Assembly (NCBI GenBank): GCA_047967505.1
Contig: CM106538.1
Strand: one strand, 5' to 3'
DNA: 64,000 nt
From: Dipteris shenzhenensis
Lineage: Eukaryota
Positions 1 through 13,705 of this stretch are shown piece by piece. The position numbers and the translations under genes were made by a program. The first letter of the stretch is position 1. Each line of letters begins with the position of its first letter. The notes under the pieces are model-generated. The model was not told where the DNA came from and ran no database searches. It saw nothing but the letters and a program-made list of their open reading frames with translations.

Positions 1-1340
1 CCGTCACTCAGCCTCGCTCCCAGCACGTTTTCATTCCCCTTGCTCAGCTTTTAGCCTCCCGTTCAGGTCCCCCCATGTTCTGCCAGGTCCTCTAAACAAA
101 GCAAGGCCACCGCTCAGGTCATCATCGTCTCACCAGAGCTCTCTCAGCCCCTTCTTTTCACTCAGGCCTCTCCTGTCCGAACTGGTAGCAGGCTCCCACG
201 CGAGTGGAGGGACTGCGAGCGGGCTGAAACCCCCCAGCCCATCTCAGCGGGGATTAACTTGCAGGAGAGGGGTCTTTCGAATGTGCATAGGCCAACATGG
301 AGACTCCCAAGGTGCCCAAGCCAAGGCTTGCAACCCCGCCACCCCCGTGAAGCCCTTGAAGCCCATGTATTCATTTGTTGCAGGTTTTACCCCAACTCCC
401 ATCTCATATGCGAAAACCTATCACACGATGAAGCCCCCCGATCCACAAGAGCGTATCTATCACCTTGAACTTGAAGTCTGCAAACTCAAACTTCAGCTTG
501 GGCCATGATATGGAGGGGAATGGAAAGCAAGAGGTCATCAAGGAGGTGCTACAATGGGGAAATGCATCTCCCCCAACATCAAAAGTGAACAAAGTTGATC
601 TATACAGGGAAGTGAAAGAGCAGCAAACCAGAGAAGACAACAAGCAGATCTTGCATGGGGGGGGGGGGGGTACCAGAAGGTTGCCTTGATACAAAGGAGT
701 TCATAGAAGATAAGATCCATTGCCTAAAAGAGAAGATACCACAAGTGGAATGGGATCCAGATGCTATCTGGAATATTGAGCCGAGGGGAACACAAATACG
801 AATCACTCTCAGTGACAAGGCAGCCAAGACCAAGATTCTCCAAGAAACACACAAGCTCAAGAGGACGAAGATATGGATATCTGAGGAACTCACTCCGACA
901 CAAAAGCCAGGAAAGCAGGAAAGTGGGCAGTCTACCAAGATGGGATTGCACTAACTAGAGATCTCGTATCTAAACCTAAAGACCCTCGGTCTTAATCCGA
1001 TGTAATTAAGGCCATTTTTGATACAGTACTAGGACTTACACGCGTCCTAAATAATCTCAAGCTGAGTTGCCATGTCCACTCCTCGAATCTCTAAGTCTCA
1101 GAGATGCAGTAGTGACTCTTTTTGGTGTGTACTCTGTCTCATAGTCCCGTGAGGGCTTCTGAAGCTGTTAATATATCATTCTTTTTTTTATTTCTCTCTC
1201 TCTCTCTCTATGCTCCTCCTCTATACCTGTCCCATCTCATCTCCTAAAGGCACATATTAGGGTCAATAAGGCTTAACAAGGTACCCCTCTCTTGTGCTTT
1301 TTTTTGATAATTCGAATACTACTTCTCACTCTCCCTCAAT
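1..1340 (+). mobile_element. ORF1-only non-autonomous LINE-derived element, copy 1 (5' end cut by the window edge)
   Basis: Nearly identical to 20462-21950 apart from a few internal deletions. Frameshifted ORF1p-like ORF (coiled coil, then KIWISEELT...ARKAGKWAVYQDG), followed by a 3' hairpin at 1136-1175 and a (CT)n tail. Confidence 0.8.
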
Positions 1341-2427
1341 CAAGCTGCTGCGCATGTACAGTGGCTCTAATAAAGCACCAAACCCAAAGATACACTTCAA
1401 TGCAGCTTCCAAAATCATGCGAACTGCGAAAACTGTCCGTGACAGTCGATAACTCCCTATCTGTCAAGCCTCAGCCAAGGTAACGTTCTGATTCTTCCAA
1501 AATCCTTCTGGTTCCAAAACTCTGCGGCGTCTGCGCCATCGCTCAAGGCTATAGATTAAAGGATTGACAACCGGATTTGTGCCGTGCGCTGTCTCTCAAA
1601 GTCACCAACTTAGCTGCTGCTCCTCCCCGTGAGCTACTGCCCCCCCCTCTCCCTCTCTCAGCCAGCCCCCTCTCCCTCGCTGCCTCCCCTCTCCCCCCTT
1701 CGCTGCTCCTCCTCTCCCTCCCCTCTCGCCAGCCCCCTCTCCCTCCTCCCTCACCCTCCCTCTCCCCTTCCTCCTCCCCGCCCTCCCTCTCCCCCCCCGC
1801 TGCGCCCTACCTCTCCCTCTCTGCTGCCCCTACCTCTCCCTCCCCGCCCTACCTCTCCCCCACCCGTCAGCCCCCCCCTGCCCCCCGCCCCCTCCCCCGT
1901 CATCCCTCTCCCCCCCCGCTGCCCCCCTCCCTGCTGCCCCCTTCTCCTCCGCCCTTCCTCTCCCCCGCCAGCCCCCCCGCCCCTTTCTCCTCCCCCGCCC
2001 CCCTCCCTCGCCCTCCCTCTCCCCCCCCGCTGCTCTCCCCCTCCCCCATCCTTTCCTCACCCCCGCCCTCCCTTTCCCTCCCTCCTAACCCGCCCTCCTT
2101 TCCTCTCCCCCTCCCCCTCCTTCCTCTCCCCCGCCCTCCCTTTCCCTCCCTCCTATCCCCCCCCCCAAAAAAAAAAGAGTTTTTTTTATTTAAAAAAAAA
2201 ACCCTCCTCCCTTCCTCCCCGCCCCCTTCCTTCCTAACTCAGCTCCCCACGCCTCCCCCTCAGCCTACCTCCGTCTCCCCCTTCAGTCTATCCTCTCCTT
2301 CCCTTCCCCTCTCTCCTACCCTCTCTTTCTCCTTCTTTCTGCACCCGCGTTCAGGGCGTCCTGGGCAGTAGTTTCACGGACGGAGCTTTTTCAGTGTTGG
2401 AATCGGCCTTTTCACATCGATTGGCAA

Positions 2428-3936
2428 ATGGATCCCCATTCAACCAATCTCCGTCCACTTCCACTGGCCGCCAGAACCGTCATTTTTTCAGAAGACGAGT
2501 TGCAGCAGCTCAAGAAAGATGTGGAATTAGAGGGCTCCACATCACTTTTCGCCCGCATCTTTGGGTCACACCCTTCCAGATCACACGCTAGAGACTGGAT
2601 GCTGGCAGCATTACCAGGAGACCTCGCCCCACACCTCAGGGATATTTGACTTTTGGGATGTGGATTCTTCCAAGTGGTTTTCGACTCCCACGAGTCCACA
2701 TCCCTTGTTCTCAAAGCTAATCCCTTGGCTTTGGGTTCGAGGAGGATCTTTCTTTTACCCTACACCTTGGGCTTCGATCCGATCGAGGAGGACAGGCAAG
2801 TCAAATCACTGTTCATTAGATTTCATAGTCTTCCTCAAGTCTACCATCGACTGCTTGCCACTATCGGAGCCACATTCGGAGTGGTCACTGAGATCCCCTC
2901 CCTTCCTCGGCAAAGGCAGTCAGTGCAGACGAGGTGCCTCGTGTTAGGGTCATTGTCTCTGACCCTAACATCTCAGATGACCACATTATGCTTCAATGTC
3001 CAGACGGCTCTCTCTTTCGACAGAGAGTCGAGATTTCAGGTAGACACGACCAATGCAGGATTTGCAAGACCCTTGGGCACTTTGCTAGAGACTGCCCAAG
3101 GAAGATAAAAAGACCCAAGAGGTCTTCTGGTGTGGCTCCTTCACGTACTACCACGACTGCACCTCCCCAGCACCGTGTGCCATGCACTCCAGGACCACCA
3201 AGAGCAACAGGGCGCCCTGCTTTGCGCACCCCAAGACCACCAGGGACAGCAAGGCGCCCAATGCCCGCAGCACACCCAGTACCACGATGGAGAGCTATCA
3301 AAGCGGCTCCCTTACCTCAGGAGGAGACTTTTGATCCTGTTTAGACACACGCCTTCCAGCCTCCAGAGGTGGATGTTGCTACAGCCCCCGACACTACAGT
3401 TCCACATCAGGAGGGGCCTTTAGATCCACCAACCCCGTCACTTTGGTTTCTGACCCCTTGGTTTCTGACCACGAGGGGACTACAGGTACTTCTTCCCCGC
3501 AGATTGTTCCTGCCATAGTCAGGACAACCGAGAAAGTGCAGACGCAGATGAGGGCTCCTGATTCCTCTTCACCCCAACCACAGGCCTCCTCAACCCCCAG
3601 CTCCAGTTCTGCTAATAGAGGCCTGCAGGTCCTTCTGCTCCATCTTCCACGAGTGCAGGTCTTCTTCGCACTCCTCGGCCAGACTTGCTTATCAGGAATT
3701 CTTTTTCGGCATTGGCAAATTCGGCAACTTTCATGGATGATGAGGAGTTTGTGCCCTCCACCGTAGGGGTCCCGGTCATTGGGATTCCTTCTAACAGGGC
3801 CTCCCTTTCAGCAGGTGTGGGGATCCTTTCACCTATTGAGTTTCCTGCCTTCAGTAGGAGTGTTTTGGCCCAAGGGAAGCTGGTCTCCTCCACTAGGTCG
3901 GGTAAGCCTTTCCATCCAGCATCCTACTGTCGATGA
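2428..3936 (+). pseudogene. LINE ORF1 (DUF4283-like region plus CCHC zinc knuckle), disrupted
   Basis: LGCGFFQVVFDS segment and knuckle CRICKTLGHFARDC. Contains stops and frameshifts. Its stop overlaps the ORF2 start as ATGA. Confidence 0.85.
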
Positions 3937-6900
3937 GGATAGTCAGCTGGAACATACAGGGCCTAGGCAGAGTTCCACACCGTCGCCGTAGGCAGCTGAT
4001 CCAGAACCAGCTTCATCCAGGTGTAACTAGAGGTGCTATTGATATCCTTTTTATCCAAGAACACAAGCTGGATGCCAGTGATTGCTCTAAGTATGGCAAA
4101 CTGCTTTCAGGACATACCTTCTGGTCGCCTGCTATGGGCACAAGGGGAGGTACTTGCATTTCGGTCTCTCTTTCTATTCTCCCCTTGGTTGCTGGTCATG
4201 GTATTATCTCCCCTTCTAGAGCTCCATGGATCATTATTTTGATTGGAGGGCGTAAGATTGGTCTTCTCAATCTTTATGCTCCCAACAACAGAGGGCAGCG
4301 AATCTCCTTTTGGAAGGAGTTACTCTCTTGGGCCCCCATTGCAAATTCTTGGATCATTGGTGGCGACTTCAACATGGTTGAGTTGCCTTTAGACAAAAAG
4401 AAAGGCAGACAGGGTGGAATTCATTCTTTGGAGAGGGCAGCCTGGGATGCCTTCCTCTTTCAATTCAGTGGCAGGGACACTTGGTTGGATGATGTCTTTC
4501 ATATTATGCCACAGTCACTCCTGTACTCTTGGTCGAACAGGAGAATACACATGCCCATTCATGCACGAATTGACAGATTTTATGTAGACGATTGGACACT
4601 TGACAGAGGAGGATCTGTATGCATTTCTACTAGGGTTTCCGCCTCAGATCATTTTCCAGTGGTGTTGCAGATTCTTGAGCCTCATCGGAGAGGACGCTCT
4701 GCCAGTGTCACGATTCCGGATGCTTTTTATGCAGAGGAGAGCCTCACGGAGGATATTTTACAGATTTGGGTTTCACAAATAGGATGGAGCTGTCCACCCA
4801 TCTCAGATAGCTGCAGCCTTATCCGGAATTAGTGGCTATTATCATACAGGCGCTGATTCTAGGAGACGTGAGATTCTCAGATGTGAGATTGGTATACGCC
4901 AGCAGTTAGCGTCCCTTCAGAGGGAAGAGCAGAAGAGGCCCACAGATGCTTGGATTCAAGAGCGCCTTGCTGCAGCAAGGGCTCATTTGCAGACATTGTT
5001 GGATCAGAGAGCAGAAAATGCCTTTCATGCACGGGAATCCGTTTGGATTCAGATGGGTGGGAGGGTCAACAAACACCTTTTCTCTACTCATGGACCCAGA
5101 CATAGTAGAGATAGTGTTTCGCAGCTTGTTGACTCAGACGGGGTGTTACAGTCAGATCCTGATGCTGTCATGCGTGTAGCTTCAGATTTTTTTGCATCCC
5201 TTCTTACTGCAGATCCAGGCACACAGGCCATTGATGATGCCAGAGAGGTTATTTGGCAGTGTATCCTTGTATTGGTGAAGGATGAGATGTATGTTTCTCT
5301 GGATGCACCTTTCACCAATGCAGAATTCAAGACTGCATTACTTGCCCTTCACAAGGGCAAGTGCCCAGGTTCAGATGGACTTACCCCCTCCTTTTTTATT
5401 ACTTTTTGGGAGCAAATTGGTGATCACATTACATCAACCCTGCAGGGCATGTGGGACTCTGGTGAGATGCCGGACTCACTTACAGATGGTCTCATTCATC
5501 TCATCCCAAAGGGGGGTAATAGGAATCTTGTGTCTCAATGGAGACCCATCACTCTATTGGGCACTTTTTACAAGATTCTGGCGAAAGCCATTGATCTGCG
5601 CCTACAGGTTTTTCTTCCAGATTTGATTCATGACACGCAGACAGGGTTTGTGCATGGCAGAAGTATTTTTTATAATATTTTCTCATTTTAGGAGGCCTCA
5701 GAATGGGCCATGCAGAGCCGCCAAAGATTGGCCATTCTACTCTAGGACTTTGAGAAAGCTTATGACAGAGTAGACTGGGATTTTTTAGAGGGTACTCTAT
5801 CTCGCTTTGGTTTTTTAGATGCATGGATTAGAGAAGTATCCTCTCTCTACAGATCAGCCCATAGCCAGTTGCTCATTGGGGGGGTAAGAGGAGACAGGTT
5901 TCAGATTTCCAGATCCGTCCGCCAGGGATGTCCTCTTGCCCTATTTCTTTTTCTGTTTGTGGCAGAAGCTATGAGTATCTACATTAGATGCCAATGTCTA
6001 GCAAAAGGCTACAAAAAGAGCCTCTCCCAACCAAGGACATGGATTAGTGAACAAAAACAAGTGGCAATAAAACTAGCCAAAGAATTAAAAGGGAAGGCAC
6101 TTGCAGTAGACTTGCCAATGACACCACCTTTGGTTTTTCAATCAACCAAACCAAGGGAACCTTCAATAAGAAAGTCTCAACCAGAGTTGATTACTAGTGA
6201 GTACTCAAGCCCAAAAGTGATGGGAAACCTTCCATGCTATGAAGGTTAGTATTATTACAACAAAACTAATCTTGATTTCCCCGTATTGTAGAGAAATTGT
6301 TTTTGCAGTGGCTCAAAGTTGAAAAGAAACCACTAGATCTCAAGATTAGATCTCAAGCTGATATTTATGGGCTGAGGCTTGCTATCCGCCGGGAAGAAGA
6401 GCTCTTGGATAGTGAGTTGGCAGATGACACGGCTGTTTTTTTGGATGCCTCCCCCAGGACACTCACTTCCTTCCAGACAGCCTTGGATTTGTTTTGCACG
6501 GCTGCAGTTGCACACATTAATTGGCATAAATCCAATGGTTTTTGGATTTGCGAGGATGACACCCCGGATTGGGGTAATGATATTGGCTTCACTTGGGTAC
6601 AGAGGGGCGTCTCCATCAGATATTTGGGCTGCCAAGTTGGGGTGGGCATCTCTCCTTCACAACAGTTTGCTCCGGTGTTGGAAAGCATCAGAAGAAAGCT
6701 CCTTTTCTGGAGCTCAGCCAAACTTGACTTGGCCTCCAGGGTGGTGGTGGTTAACCACGTTTTTCTAGCCACAGCATGGTTTGTATGCTCTTGTTGGTGC
6801 CACTCTAGGGATTGTATCACTCAGCTTAAGAGGCATGTACGAAACTTTTTATGGAGTGGTCTAGATGGCACAACTGATGTTACAGCCAGGGTGGCTTGGG

Positions 6901-8631
6901 AGACCTTGATTCTTCCTACAAGAGAAGGGGGTTTGAATATCATCGACCCAGATCTACAGTGCAAAGCTTTACTCTGCGAGTTCGTTGTGAGAGGGCTTAT
7001 GCCAGGGCAAGAGCCTTGGAAGGATTTTTTTATCAGATGCATACAATCTCGCACACCCACTTCAGGAGAGGATTGGACACACAGTACTAGATGGGTTTTC
7101 ACCACAGCCCACCTCAGGTCTCCGTCTTCCCCTCTTATGGTTGCTATCCTGAAAGCATGGGCCAACTTCAGGAGTACTCTTCGCAGGATTCCCCCATCCA
7201 CCCGTGAAGAGATTGAAAGGCAGCCTATCATGTAGAATGACAGGATTTTGGATGAGCTTGGAAGACCACTTGGAGCTTCTCCTTACATGCAGTGGCCAAG
7301 ATGGGAGAGGAGCCCTGCATCTACAGTGGGAGCATGGAAAGCCTTCAGGAAGCTTCCTGCAGACCGATAGGCCCAGAGGGCTCTTAATCTCAAAGGGAGT
7401 GCAAGGAGAGTCCAACAGATTGATGCAGCCTTGCCCTTGGATTGGGTGGACACAGATGACATGCCTATTACTTGCTCCACCTGGATGGGGGCATTGGGAG
7501 TTCCTTTACAAGTGATTGCTTTTCTTGACACACATGAGGATGCCTTAGTTTTTTATGTTTCTTCGGGGGGCAGGCTGTCCAGATCCACAGACGATATCTT
7601 GTTGGAGGTACCGTTTCAGCCAGTCAGGATAGTGGGCTTCATGGAGCATGGCTCTCTTTCACAGTGGTACTTGGATCCTGACCCGCTTCTCCTCGCCCTT
7701 GGCTCATGGAGGCTGTGGCTCTATGGAGGTGTCCCAATTAAGTTTTTGCAGTGGGACCCTGGGGAATGGGAATGGATAGATGAAGGGCACCGAGAGAAGG
7801 GCATCCCCTTCTTTCGTTACACGGTCAGTAATGCCAGGAAATCCAGCTCAGCTGTAGGGGTTGGAGGCCCACCAAAGCTCATCATTGGGAGAACTTTCAG
7901 ATTCCTGCTGACTTGCAGAAATTTTTTTGGCAGAGACTCTGCAAATCCCACCGGAATAGAAAAATCACTCTCTTCTTTTGGCTTTCTATTCATGGTGGGA
8001 TAGCAGTAAACCATTGGAGATCCATGTTCGGAGCTGACCCTTCTTGCCCTCGCTGCCTTTCTGCTTTGGAGAAAATACAGCACTGCCTTTGGGATTGCAA
8101 ACAGGCGAGAATCATATGGAAGGGGATTGCAAGACTTTTCAGCATTTTCTTCGCCTACCTTTCTATATGACCTCGGGATCAGTGGCTTGGCTTACTCTTT
8201 CAAGGCCCCAGGCATTTTTTGAGAGACTTGATTCCTCTTGGGCTCTTCACATCCGACGACACCTTGTGGAGTCATGCTCTCTAGAGGATGTTCCGGCCAC
8301 TCTTTTCAGGGCTGCTCACTCCTCGGTCGACTCTCCATGGGAGATCCTAGCTAGCATTGCAGCATGGCACATTTGGAGAGCCAGATGCACTAAGGCTTTG
8401 GAGGGTTCTCAGGTTCACCCTTCTCAGATCTTGGCCAGTACTTGGATAGATACGATACACACTCTGATGGCCATTTGGGCGACCATGCAGGGATCATCTC
8501 GAGCAACCTCCTCCAGGAGAGTTACTTTTCTCAAAGATTGGAGAGACTCTCCCTTCTTTGCTAAGACTTCTACAAGGTTGAGATGGCATTTTCAGCCTCA
8601 GCCTTGGTTTCTTTCTACCTCATTCCTCTGA
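3933..8631 (+). pseudogene. LINE ORF2 (APE endonuclease, reverse transcriptase, zf-RVT), disrupted
   Basis: SWNIQG, QEHK, GGDFN, RIDRF, SDH; WRPITLL, QTGF, RQGCPL, ADDT; CPRC...EKIQHCLWDC. Many stops and frameshifts, plus an insertion at 5990-6344. Confidence 0.95.
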
Positions 8632-8748
8632 GGTGTTTTTTATTACATGCTTAGCATGATGTATTTCCGCACAAAGCTTGCTCTAGCGGGTTCTTTCTTA
8701 CTTAATAGAAGTCTCTTTTTTTGGGGGGAAAAAAAAAGTCACCAACTT

Positions 8749-9210
8749 CAATAGCCGCCTCCATCTTCATAGTCGCCTTCGTCAATTTGTAGCAGCCCGC
8801 AAATCGAGTCAAAGGCGCTCGAGATGGCACTCTAGTCGAAGGCAATCGACTATGACGGCGCAATTGATCACTCTACAGCCTCTACTGGTGATTTCGGGCA
8901 GCGCTCAAGCTTGTGCTTCTGTCTTCATCCTTCCATTCGTCATTGAACACGAATTCGAACCTTTAGGCTCTGATACCAATGTGACCTGACCTCAAAAAAG
9001 GGCTCTCTTTGATTCTCCACCCAGCCTCGATTCCAGAGTACTCCCTCTTGCATCCGTCTGTGAACTCCCCTTGAGTTCCCTCTCTTTCTTCCTTTTGTGG
9101 AGCCTCTCTCTAGAATCTCCCCTGAGCCCAATGCTTGCCACTTGGAGCCCAACTGAGTGCCACATGTTCATAAAGGACCTTAGTACCTTACTGCCCTTTA
9201 GGCCTTAACA
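8749..9210 (-). mobile_element. LTR retroelement fragment: 231-bp LTR (8980-9210), PBS and 5' leader; leader continues at 1341-1611 beyond the LINE
   Basis: TG...CA ends. GCTCTGATACCA at 8967-8978 is the reverse complement of the tRNA-iMet PBS TGGTATCAGAGC. The LINE TSD shows that 1611 and 8749 were once contiguous. Confidence 0.75.
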
Positions 9211-9272
9211 TTGCACTCCCCATTCTTGACTAGGCCTAGGATAGTTCCTAGTCCCCGACCCTCTAGGCTCGA

Positions 9273-12200
9273 GTACACTCCATAAAAAATTTCTGATTGG
9301 TCTAATGAGGTGAGTGATGCACTCTCTAGACCAGCACCAGCATGAACACACAAACCAGGCGGTGGCCAAGAGAACCTGGTTCACTACCACAACTCTAGAT
9401 GCAAGGTCAAGTTTGGCTAAGCTCCAGAAGAGAAGCTTTTTCCTTATACTCTCCAGTACTAGGGTAAACTGCTATGCTGGAGAGATGCCCAACCCTACCT
9501 GGCATCCCAAATATCTGACAGGACACCCCTCTGAATCCAAGAGAAGCCAATGTCAACTCCCAAGCCTGGAGTGTCCTCATCGCTAATCCAAAAGCCAAAG
9601 GATTTATGCCAGTTAATGTGTGCTCCTACAACTGAGCAAAAGATATCCAAGGCTGTCCGGAAAGCATCTAGTGACTGCGAGGAGGCCTCAATAAAAATGG
9701 TAGTGTCATTCGCCAACTCACAATCCAGAAGCTCCTGCTCCTGTCTCGAGGGCAATCTCAGCCCATATAAACTAACCTGAGATCTAAGAAAGATACTCAT
9801 AGCTTCAGCCACAAAAAGAAAAAGGAAGGGGGCTAAAGGGCATCCCTGACAGACTGATCTGGAAATCTGAAACCTGTCACCCCTTACCCCTCCAATCAAA
9901 ACATGGCTGTGGGCTGATCTGTTAAGGGAGGCCACCCCTCTAATCCAAGCATCTGAAAATCCGAATCGTAGAAGATTGCCCTCAAGAAAACCCCAATCTA
10001 CTCTGTCATAGGCTTTCTTAAAGTCCAAGAGTAGAATTGCCAACCTCTATAGCCCAGTCTAAGGCTTCCCAAAGGAAAAGATGTTATCAAATATGCTCCT
10101 GCCATGCACAAAGCCTGTCTGAGTATCATGGATGAGGTCTGCTGGAAGAAGGGGCTGCAATCTGATGCTGATCGCCTTGGCAAGAATTTTGTATAGAGTG
10201 CCCAAAAGAGTGATGGGTCTCCAATGGTATATAAAATTCATGTTGCCACCTTTCGGGATAAGGCGTATAAGTCCCTCGGTGAGTGAGTCGGGCATCTCAC
10301 CCGAGTCCCAAATGCCCTACAGGGCTGAAGTAATATGACCACCTATCATATCCCAAAAGGCTTTAAAAAAAGATGGAGTAAGACCATCTGAACCAGGGCA
10401 CTTGCCCTTATGAAGGGCGGAGAGAGCAGTCCTGAATTCTGTGTTGGTAAATCGTGCATCAAGTGAGCATATCATCTCTGGTGTGACCAACACAAGTAAA
10501 CGCTACCAAACCACATCTCTGGCCTGTGTGTTAGGGTCTGCAGAAAGAAGGGAGGCATAAAAATATGTCGCTAAGTGCATGACGGTATCCGAATGAGACT
10601 GCAACACCCCGTTAGAGTAAATGAGCTGCCTGACACTCTCTCTACTATGTCTGGGACCAAGTGTAGAGAAAAAGTGTTTATTGACTCTCCCTCCCATATG
10701 TATCCAAAAGACTCCTATGCATGGAAGGCATACTCTGCTCTCTCATCAAGAAATGTCTGTAAGTGAGCCCTTGCTGTAGCAAGGCGCTCTTGGATCCAAG
10801 CATCTGGGGGTCGTTTTTGCTCCTCCCTCTGCAGGGCTGTCAACTACCGGCAGATACCGAACTCCCGCTTGAGTACCTCACTTCGCCTAGTACTAGCGGC
10901 AGAATGATAAAAGTCGCTGATACTGACAAGTGATGTGGCCACATGTGAAGGTGCTGCCACCCCCCCCTGCATGTGAGAAACCCAGATCTCCAAGACTGCC
11001 TCTGTGAGAGTATCATCTGTGTGTAAGGCATCCGGGATCCTGATACTGGAAGAACGTCCTCTCAAATGGGGCTTTGAGATGGACAAAACTACCGAAAAAT
11101 GGTCGGAGGACACCAGGTGCAATGCAAATTGTCCCCCCTCTATCAAGAGCCTAGTCATCCACATAGAATCTATCAATCCGAGCATGGATAGGCATCTGCA
11201 CCCTACGGTTCAACCACAATAACAAGAGTGACTGAGACTGAATATGAAATGCATCATTAGACCAAACATCTCTACCACTGAATCTAAACAAGAAGGCATC
11301 CCAAGCTGCTCTCTCAAGGGAGTGAATCCCACCTTCTCTCCCCCCTTTTTTATCGGATGGTGCCTCAACCATGTTGAAGTCACCTCCAATAATCCAAGAA
11401 TCTGCAATGTCAGCCCATGAGAGCAACTCTCTCCAAAAAAGAACACGGTCCCCTCTGTTGTTCAGAGCATAGATGTTGAGGAAACCAACCTTACGTCCTT
11501 CAACCATAAGCAAAATCCACTGGGCCCTGGAGGGGGTGATGGTACCATGTCCAATGACCAAAGGGAGGATAGAGTCTGAAACTAATATGCAAGTACCTCC
11601 TCTGGTTCCCAAGGCAGGAAGCCAAAACGTCCGGCCTGAAAGCAGCTTACCTGACTTGGAGCAATCTATGGCATCTAGTTTGTGTTCCTGTAGAAAAAGA
11701 ATGTCTAAGGAACCACTGGACACACCTGGATGAAGCTGATTCCTTATCAACTGTCTGCGACGGCAATGAGGAATGCTGCCCAACCCCTGTATATTCCAAC
11801 TGGCTATCCTCATCGACGGGAGGAAGTGGGTTGGAATACCTTACCCGACCTGGTGGCGGAAAAAGAACCCTCTACTGGAGCTGACCTCCTGCCATACACA
11901 CGAGGTCCAAGGGGAGGAAAGTCCACTAGTGAGAGAGAGAAGGATCTCTCAAGGGGGAAGCCGATAACTAGCTCTCCGAAAGTAGAGGGTACAAAATCAT
12001 CATCTGGGAGGTCAGAGAGGTCCTCAAGAGCAGAAAAGGAATTCCATTGAGCCAGTCCTGGGGAAGGGGTCCGAAGGATTCCTACCAAAGCAGGGAAAGA
12101 ATGTAAGACCCCTTTCCCTCTATCAACAGAAGGAGGCACTTGTGCTGTGTCCTGATCACGAGATGCCAACAACCTGGGCTGCTGAAGGAGGCACAGCCTA

Positions 12201-13705
12201 ATCCTGTGGTGGAGCGGGAGAAGGCTCTTGAACAAAAGGCTCCAAAACGGTAGCCTCCCGAGGCTCCTGAGGGGTAGTCTTTGGAGCAACAGAAGTATGA
12301 TCTGAAGTAGAGGGCCTAACCGCAACCGGAACCCACTGGGGGCCACAGGTAGTGCGGTGTGTAGGAGGGACTCAGGCAGCCCTAGGAGGAGAGGGAGCCC
12401 ATGTCTGAGGCGGTGCGTGGAGCGCTAGGTCCTGCTCCTGGTCTCTGTCGTCGTAACCTAGTACGAGCTGGTTGCTTTTTTGGCCTCTTCTTCTTCTTTG
12501 GGCAATCTCTGGCGAACAGCCTGGAGGATCTGTCAATCCTACACTTGTCCTAAAGACTTGCAAACTCAAATCTCTAGCGAAAGAATGACCCATCGGGTCA
12601 CTGTAGCATGATGTGGTCATCTGAAATGTTAGGGTCCTCGACAAAGACCCTAACCCTGGGTACCCCATCCATCCTGACCGCCTCAGCAACCGACGAAGGC
12701 TCGCCACGAAGAGGGGGGATCTTTGCTACCACACCAAATCTCGCCAATAATTGAAAGAAGCCGGTGATAAACTGAAGGTAGACCAGGGAACCTGATGAAG
12801 ATGGAAACTCCGTGCTTGTCCTCTTCAACTGGGTCAAAGCCCAATTGAAACGGAAATAAAAAAATCATCCTGTAGCCTAGAAAGAGAAACCTAGTCTGTA
12901 GCAAGTCTCTAGTGATGTCCACGGAATCTGGGCACACCTGAAAGAAACCTTGTCCCAACAAACGTACATCCTTAAGGTGGGAAGCGAGCTCCTGAGGAAG
13001 TGCCGCATGCATCCATAGCCTGTGATTTGGAGGGGTGGGAGCCATAGATGCGTGTGAAGAGAGTCGTGAAACACTCATGCTCCAAATCCTTTTGCAACTC
13101 CTGCAGCTCGTCTTTTGAGAAAGTGACGGTTCTCGCGGCCTGTGTGTGCGGTAAGGGATGGACTGAATGGGTACCCATACGTCAATCAAGGTGGGAAAGG
13201 CCGACTCAAACACAAAGAAACTCCGTCCACCTTCCTGAAGCCCACGAGACCCCCAAAAAATAGGGGGTACACCTGATGAAGGGAGAGGGTGAAAGGAGGG
13301 AGGGAGACAAGATTGAGCAAGGAGGGAGAATGAATGAGGGGGAGGAGTCAGAAAGGAGAAAGGGAGGGCAGCAAGAGGGAGAGGGGAAGGGAAGGGGGCA
13401 GGAGGAGGAGAGGAGGGGAGAGGAGGGGAGGGGAGCAAAGAAACAGCGTGAGGAGGGGGGGGGGGGGGGGCTGTGCAGGCAGCAGCATGGGGGGAAGGGG
13501 GGGGCACGTAGGCAGGCAGCAGCGCGGGGGGGGGGGGCTGCACAGGCAACAGCGCGGGGGGGAGGGGCTCCAGCAGCGCACGGGGGAGGGACTGGCAGCA
13601 GCGCGGGTAGGGGCTGCAGCAGCGCGGGGGGTAGGGGAGGGGAGAGAGGGAGGGGAGGCGGGGAGGAGCAGCAGGTAGGGGGGAGGGGAGGGAGGAGGCA
13701 GCCCT
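9273..13705 (-). mobile_element. Second L1/Tx1-type LINE of the same family, 3'-truncated and decayed
   Basis: ORF2 starts at 11813 (MRIASWNIQGLG). WRPITLL, LDFKKAYDRVDW and QGCPLAP are colinear with the first LINE. ORF1 relic at about 11810-13180. C-rich 5' UTR on the minus strand. Confidence 0.93.

Larger units (their letters stand above)
1612..8734 (+). mobile_element. Full-length decayed L1/Tx1-clade LINE
   Basis: 14-bp TSD AAAGTCACCAACTT at 1598-1611 and 8735-8748, short A tail, about 750 bp C-rich 5' UTR, ORF1 and ORF2 present. Confidence 0.95.

Noticed and set aside
1577-2371. Long Pro-rich ORFs as extensin-like genes (also 12683-13721 and 13945-14480)
   Set aside because: They are stop-free frames arising from the C-rich LINE 5' UTRs.
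12790-12812. CTGATGA...GAAAC as a hammerhead ribozyme core (also 13273 and 23477)
   Set aside because: No pairing stems or cleavage-site arm are visible, and the sites lie within LINE or exon sequence.
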